Of a DNA stretch of 20,000 nt, positions 14,925 through 20,000 are shown piece by piece (positions within the stretch are counted from its first letter, which is position 1; each line of letters begins with the position of its first letter). A program made the translations under genes and the position numbers. Below the pieces are notes generated by a model that was not told the DNA's origin, made no database searches, and was given only the letters and a program-made list of their open reading frames with translations. This stretch comes from an uncultured virus (IMG/VR IMGVR_UViG_3300017963_000205) (lineage: Duplodnaviria; Heunggongvirae; Uroviricota; Caudoviricetes), in the IMG/VR virus record IMGVR_UViG_3300017963_000205; one strand, written 5' to 3'.

Positions 14925-16407
14925 CCGCAGCAACCATCCGATTCGGACCGTGCTCAAGGCCGATTTGGATGTCATCATGTGCCATCTCATCCGATGCGGT
15001 GAGGTGTGCCAGCAGCTCTCGAACCAGATCCGCCTCGAAGACTTCGACGAGTCCTACGAGCGGAATTACCAATTGCTGTTCGCCGTCACGCAGCAGTTCT
15101 GGATGAAGTTCCAGAAGCCCATCACGTGGCACGTTCTGAACGCGGAGATCATTAACCGCACGCAGGGTGTGCCCGATTATGAGCCGGCCGTCGTCCAGAG
15201 CATCATCAACCAGGCGTACAGCTACTTCGTTCCAGGCCCGGAGGAACTCTGCCCGGAGTACGCGCTTTCCGTGGCCGAGGACTTCCTGTACCAGCGCCGC
15301 GTTGCGGCGAAGATGGTCACGGCCGTCGAGCAATACGGCATGCAGCACATGCCACGAACGATCGTGGAGGAGCTGCACAGCCAACAACAGACGGTTCTGG
15401 CCTGCCGGGACATCGCACCAATCAATCCGTTCGAGACGTTGATGCTGGGCGTGGAGCCTCGCATCAAGTTGGGTGAGCGGGTGATGTTTTTGGAGACACA
15501 GCTTGGCGGCGGGGTGCGCACGGGGGCGATGTACGGTTTCATCGCGCCCTCTGGCGGCGGCAAGACGACGATGTCGCACCAGTTGGCATATTCGTTTGCT
15601 TCGCTGGGCAACCATGTGGTGGTTTTCACTTACGAGCAGCCCATTACGCCGGAATACATGATGTCCCTGTACGCGACGGCCGGGCAGATCGATCGGAAAG
15701 AGCTTGAGGCGTTACGCCCCGGCGAGCAGCTTCCCGCTGACAAACAGGAGAAGCTCACCAAGGCCGGCGAGACGTGCGCGACATATCTGCACTATGTCGA
15801 CATGTCCGGTGTGCGTAATCGCATGGGTGCCGGAGGCCCTCCCGAAATCGATGCCGTGCTTCTGGCCATGGAGCGAAAGTACGGCATCAAGATAGGCTGC
15901 TACATTCTTGACTGGTTCTGGCCGATGTTGGTGCGCTACTACGCCAACTACGATGTGGGCTACGGCAAGAGACAGGAGCTGCGCCATTTTGCGCAGGACA
16001 TGACCTACCAGCTTCGACAGGTGGGCGAGCGTCACGGCGCGTGGTGCTGGATCAACCAGCAGGTTGCGCCCGACGTGGCTGCCAAGAAGAAGGAAGTGGA
16101 TTTCGAGGATGCCGCCGAGTTCAAGTCCTTTGCCTGGTACATGGATGGCTGCTTCGCGCTGTCCAAGCTCGATGCCAACAAATACGGCGTCCTGAAATAC
16201 GGCAAAGGCCGTTACGAAAAGGTAGACAAACAGGTCATTCAGCTGAAGGGGCACCTGAGCACGTTCGTGCCCGTCGGCGAGGACATGGTCTACGACGACT
16301 TGCAGGGACAGCACGTCGCGCGGGGACGGCAGCATCGCGTGCCAACCGGCGACGAAGAACCTTCGCGCTCGCAGCGTGTTGCTGATTTAGAGGGTACTGA
16401 TGGATGA
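14917..16407 (+). CDS. DnaB-like (SF4) replicative helicase
   Basis: Walker A APSGGGKT, FTYE (catalytic Glu), Walker B YILDW, NQQ, KGR arginine finger; directly upstream of the primase. Confidence 0.85.
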   Translation: MPDRSNHPIRTVLKADLDVIMCHLIRCGEVCQQLSNQIRLEDFDESYERNYQLLFAVTQQFWMKFQKPITWHVLNAEIINRTQGVPDYEPAVVQSIINQAYSYFVPGPEELCPEYALSVAEDFLYQRRVAAKMVTAVEQYGMQHMPRTIVEELHSQQQTVLACRDIAPINPFETLMLGVEPRIKLGERVMFLETQLGGGVRTGAMYGFIAPSGGGKTTMSHQLAYSFASLGNHVVVFTYEQPITPEYMMSLYATAGQIDRKELEALRPGEQLPADKQEKLTKAGETCATYLHYVDMSGVRNRMGAGGPPEIDAVLLAMERKYGIKIGCYILDWFWPMLVRYYANYDVGYGKRQELRHFAQDMTYQLRQVGERHGAWCWINQQVAPDVAAKKKEVDFEDAAEFKSFAWYMDGCFALSKLDANKYGVLKYGKGRYEKVDKQVIQLKGHLSTFVPVGEDMVYDDLQGQHVARGRQHRVPTGDEEPSRSQRVADLEGTDG

Positions 16408-17440
16408 ATTGAACCCAAAGCTGTTTGCAGCTTTGGAGAAACGCTTCGGGAAAGTGCTGATTTCCAACCCCGGCGAGCGTTTAGTGGAGCGCAAGATACC
16501 CGACCCGGTGCGGCCAGGACGACACAAGCAGTTGATCCTTCGCAGCGGGGAGTATTACAGAGTGGACTGCCCCTATTGCAGCGACAAACGGGGCAGGTTG
16601 TACATCAACTACAGATGGAACACGCGCACCCGGAATGGCGACCGTTTTGGCCGCTTTTTGGCCGTCTGCTTCAATGAAGGGTGTGACCTGAGTGGCTTGG
16701 ACATGGAACTCGGGGCTCTGGCGAAGAACTGGCCGGTCGTGGACCGTCCCTACACAAACAAGCCGGACAGCGGGCCGGAGTTTGCCCCGCAGGTCATGCC
16801 GGGAGTCTGTCTCCCGTTGGACACGCTGCCGCCGGAGCACGAGGCGTGCAAGTACGTTCGTGAGAAACGGGGGTTTGACCCGGTCGAGCTGGGGCGGATG
16901 TGGGGCGTTTCCTATTGCGTCCACTGCGGGGTGACCGACAAGACGCCATATCCCGGGCTGGTCCGGGGGAGGCTGGTCATTCCCATCTGGCGTTCGGGTG
17001 TTCTGGTTGGGTGGCAAACAAGGGCTCTCAATGAGCACGACAGCCCGAAGTATTACACCATGCCGGGTTTCCCGAAGTCGAGGATGCTTTTCAACCAGGA
17101 CCGCGCGCAGCAGTATCGCTTTGGCGTTGTAGTAGAGGGGGTCTTTGACGCTTTCCGCGTCGGCGACCGTGCCGTGGCGCTGTTCGGCAAATCGATGAGT
17201 CAGACGCAGCGCGAACTTGCCGTTGCTTACTGGGGGCAGGGGGCGCTGTGCATCGTTCTGGATGATGACGCGACGGAGGACATGGACCGTCTCAGCCAGG
17301 TCATGGACCCGATGAAGTTCAAGGACGGGTCCTTTATTGTTAGGCTGCCAATCGGGAAAGATCCGGGCAACATGGATCGAGACGAATTGTGGAGGTTGAT
17401 CGCGTCAAATGCCCGAAATCATGGAGTACGGCTTGCCTGA
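16400..17440 (+). CDS. DnaG-like primase (Zn-binding + TOPRIM)
   Basis: CPYC...CFNEGC, RLVIPI, GWQTR, PKY, VVEGVFD, LDDD, KDP. Confidence 0.9.
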   Translation: MDELNPKLFAALEKRFGKVLISNPGERLVERKIPDPVRPGRHKQLILRSGEYYRVDCPYCSDKRGRLYINYRWNTRTRNGDRFGRFLAVCFNEGCDLSGLDMELGALAKNWPVVDRPYTNKPDSGPEFAPQVMPGVCLPLDTLPPEHEACKYVREKRGFDPVELGRMWGVSYCVHCGVTDKTPYPGLVRGRLVIPIWRSGVLVGWQTRALNEHDSPKYYTMPGFPKSRMLFNQDRAQQYRFGVVVEGVFDAFRVGDRAVALFGKSMSQTQRELAVAYWGQGALCIVLDDDATEDMDRLSQVMDPMKFKDGSFIVRLPIGKDPGNMDRDELWRLIASNARNHGVRLA

Positions 17441-20000
17441 TTACGCAAGCGCCAGAGACAAGACAGCTCCAAAACCGGCTCCCGAGCCGGTTCAAGAGCT
17501 GGAACCTGTGCCGACGCCGGAACCTACGAGCGTGTATGCTCGTTTTCCGCTCACGCAGTCCTACATGGAAGCCTCGACGATGTACGGGATGGACCCGGTT
17601 GCCGTGGCTGAACAACTCCTTCACCGGGCAACGGACGTTCCCATCATCGACGTGAAGGGCGAGCCGCTTCGGCCAGTGCTCTGGATTCCCAGCTGCGTGC
17701 TGGGGACGGGGCGCAAATTGCTGCCGGGGGTGGATTTTCATACGAGGCTGATGGTTGTGGGTAAGCGCCCCGGCGTTGACGAGATCAGGGACCGTCGGGT
17801 CTTCGTCGGCGAGACGGGAAGGCTGCTCAGGGACGTGGCCAACGAAGTGGGAATGGGTTCCGAAATCGAAGCTGCGTTCGGGACCAACGTGTTGCGCTTC
17901 ATCCCCTTTGACGGTGGCAAGACGTTGAGGCCCCACCACGTTCGGGACTGCCTGCCGCTTCTGGCGCGTGAGATCGACCTCATCAAACCGCAGTTCATCC
18001 TGCTCTTGGGCACGGATGCGGTGAAGGTCTTCTTTGGCAGCAAACAAACCCTCCAGCGCGTGAGGCATCGCTTGTTCCTCATGCGAAGCATTCAGGACAT
18101 GGGCACCAATCGCGTCATCGACGCCAGCAAGATCTCCGTCGACAATCCCGTCTGGCGGGACAGCGTTAAAATATACGCGACTGTGCACCCCGCCGCTGTT
18201 CTCAGGGAAGGGGGCCTTCGAGACGGCTTCAAGTCTGACATGGCCCAAATGCGCATGATCATGGGCGGTCACGTCTCCAACCCCACGCCCGGCGAGGGCA
18301 TGGATTACCGCTACGTCAATACGGCACGGGACCTGCAGGCTGTCATTCAGCAGGCTGAACAGGAGAGCCCGGTGATCGCCGTTGACTGTGAGTGGGGTGA
18401 TGGTGAGTGGTCCCGAGGCGGTAAGCTGCGCTGTATCCAGTTCTCGTGGAAGCCGGGCAGCGCTTGTGTGGTGATCCTTCGTCACGCGGACATGGTCGAC
18501 TCCCAGGCGCCGACTGAACGACTGGAGATGCTCCGGCTGCTCCGAGAGTATTTCATCAAGATGCACATCGTTGGCCACAATTTCAGGGCTGACGCTCCGT
18601 GGCTACAGGAGTTGGGCATTGACGTTATGCCAAATCTTTGCTTCGACACCATGTTGGCCGATCACGCGTTGAACGAGAACGCGGAACACGCATTGGAGTC
18701 CTGCGCGGCCCGTTACACCAACATGGGCCGTTACGACTGGGATCTGAACGAGTGGGTTCGGCGCAACAATGTGGAGAAGGGAGAAGGCTACCGGGACGTG
18801 CCCGATGAGCTGCTCTTTCCGTACGGTGCCGCCGACGCGGATGCGACGCTTCGCTGCTACGTGACATTGCGTGACATGTTGCAGAAGCCGGAGAACAACG
18901 GGGTTGCCCGACTGTTCTACACGACGGTCATGCCGGCTAACTACCCGCTCTACGAGATGGAACGCAACGGGCTGCTGGCCGATTTCGAGCGCATGGAGGT
19001 TCTGGTTCACCTCTATGCCAACCGGAAGGAAGAGCTGGTTCAGGAGTTACGGGATCTGGTCAAGAAGCCAGAATACAACTTCCGTTCGATTCCGCAGACC
19101 CAGCGGCTGTTGTATGGCCCGATCTCCGAAGGCAACCTTGGGCTGACGCCGGTCAAGACGACCGAGAAGCCCGCCAGGATGTGGTTTGACGTGCCGGAGT
19201 TCGACCTCAAGCGCGTCAGCCCCTCCACGGATGCCGAATCGCTCGAAGCACTGGCGCCGGAGCATGAGGCTGCCAGTAAGCTGCGTGACGTGAAGATCGT
19301 CGATCAGATCTGCAAGAACTTCCTCCGTCCCAAGCAGGATGACGGTCACGGCGGCCTTATCTATAAGGGCGGTGTGACAGGGGAGGTGGACCCGGACGGT
19401 CGGGTGAGGACGAGGCTGTCGCAGATGTCCGAGACGGGGCGGCAGCGCTCGTCCGCGCCCAACATGCAGAACCTCCCGAAGCGGCAGGACAAGGAAACCA
19501 GCCGCATCATGGGAGACGACGTTCACAAGATCCGTAGTTGTTTTGTTGCCCCACCAGGCAGCGTGTTGATCGAGGCCGACTACAAGTCGGCCGAGATCTT
19601 CACGCTTGGCTACCTCGCAAATGACATGAAGTTGGTCGAGGACGCGAAGGCCGACCTGCACGCACGCGGCGCGGTAACCCGAATGGGTTGCCCGCCATGG
19701 GAGGGCTTCGACCAGGGCAAGCCTCCACCAAAGGAATGGTTGGACACTCACAAGGCCATGCGCGTGGCCAGCAAGACCATCAGCTTCGGCATCCCGTACC
19801 AGCGGGGACCGAAGGCCATCGCGCGCGAGATTGAAAAGTCCACACATGGCGCCGTTCCGTGCGACACGCCACGGGCCCAGTCGTTCATCGACGGATTCTA
19901 TGACGACTACAAGGGTGTTGGCACATACGTGGATTACTGCAAGGATTGTGTGGTTACGGAACCGCACTTCATCGAGAACCCGTACGGCCGTCGGCGAAGG
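17409..20000 (+). CDS. polA: Family A DNA polymerase with N-terminal uracil-DNA-glycosylase-like domain and 3'-5' exonuclease; 3' truncated; absent from the ORF track
   Basis: Open frame of 864 codons to the window end. UDG-like region: MVVGKRPG, FVGETG, TNVLRF, HPAAVLR. Exonuclease motifs: AVDCE, HNFRAD, YGAADAD. Polymerase motifs: ETGR, NMQNLP, motif A DYKSAE, DLH, motif B RVASKTISFGIPYQ, NPYGRRR. ATG 17421 is an alternative start. Confidence 0.93.
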   Translation, partial: MPEIMEYGLPDYASARDKTAPKPAPEPVQELEPVPTPEPTSVYARFPLTQSYMEASTMYGMDPVAVAEQLLHRATDVPIIDVKGEPLRPVLWIPSCVLGTGRKLLPGVDFHTRLMVVGKRPGVDEIRDRRVFVGETGRLLRDVANEVGMGSEIEAAFGTNVLRFIPFDGGKTLRPHHVRDCLPLLAREIDLIKPQFILLLGTDAVKVFFGSKQTLQRVRHRLFLMRSIQDMGTNRVIDASKISVDNPVWRDSVKIYATVHPAAVLREGGLRDGFKSDMAQMRMIMGGHVSNPTPGEGMDYRYVNTARDLQAVIQQAEQESPVIAVDCEWGDGEWSRGGKLRCIQFSWKPGSACVVILRHADMVDSQAPTERLEMLRLLREYFIKMHIVGHNFRADAPWLQELGIDVMPNLCFDTMLADHALNENAEHALESCAARYTNMGRYDWDLNEWVRRNNVEKGEGYRDVPDELLFPYGAADADATLRCYVTLRDMLQKPENNGVARLFYTTVMPANYPLYEMERNGLLADFERMEVLVHLYANRKEELVQELRDLVKKPEYNFRSIPQTQRLLYGPISEGNLGLTPVKTTEKPARMWFDVPEFDLKRVSPSTDAESLEALAPEHEAASKLRDVKIVDQICKNFLRPKQDDGHGGLIYKGGVTGEVDPDGRVRTRLSQMSETGRQRSSAPNMQNLPKRQDKETSRIMGDDVHKIRSCFVAPPGSVLIEADYKSAEIFTLGYLANDMKLVEDAKADLHARGAVTRMGCPPWEGFDQGKPPPKEWLDTHKAMRVASKTISFGIPYQRGPKAIAREIEKSTHGAVPCDTPRAQSFIDGFYDDYKGVGTYVDYCKDCVVTEPHFIENPYGRRRR

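Noticed and set aside
4875..19967. Long minus-strand ORFs (e.g. 4875-5969, 9199-10164, 13420-14319, 17340-18578, 19047-19967)
   Set aside because: They lie antisense to clearly identifiable plus-strand genes in GC-rich DNA and have no recognisable motifs.

Overview
A gene-dense, GC-rich segment with all genes on the + strand, most consistent with a large dsDNA phage or prophage (inference from gene content; host unknown). It opens with the 3' part of a long Gly-X-Thr collagen-like fibre gene and a strong terminator. Next come small hypotheticals, a sulfotransferase-like gene, an SbcD/SbcC (Mre11/Rad50) pair and an ORF with a degenerate IS110-like helix-hairpin-helix segment. It closes with a replication module: SF2 helicase, DnaB-like helicase, DnaG-like primase and a family A DNA polymerase with an N-terminal UDG-like domain, truncated by the window edge. 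The most striking part is 9.9-11.9 kb. It carries a tRNA with a CUA (amber-reading) anticodon and three in-frame TAG codons within about 1.5 kb. One TAG interrupts an otherwise intact Pth2-like peptidyl-tRNA hydrolase gene missed by the ORF track. One is codon 3 of a leader that can form two mutually exclusive SD-occluding hairpins. One joins a lipoprotein ORF to a HhH glycosylase ORF. The large genes have no internal TAG, so this looks like local, conditional amber suppression rather than window-wide recoding. A solo RAMP/Cas7-like small protein sits directly before the helicase. All protein calls come from motif recognition by eye; no database search was run.
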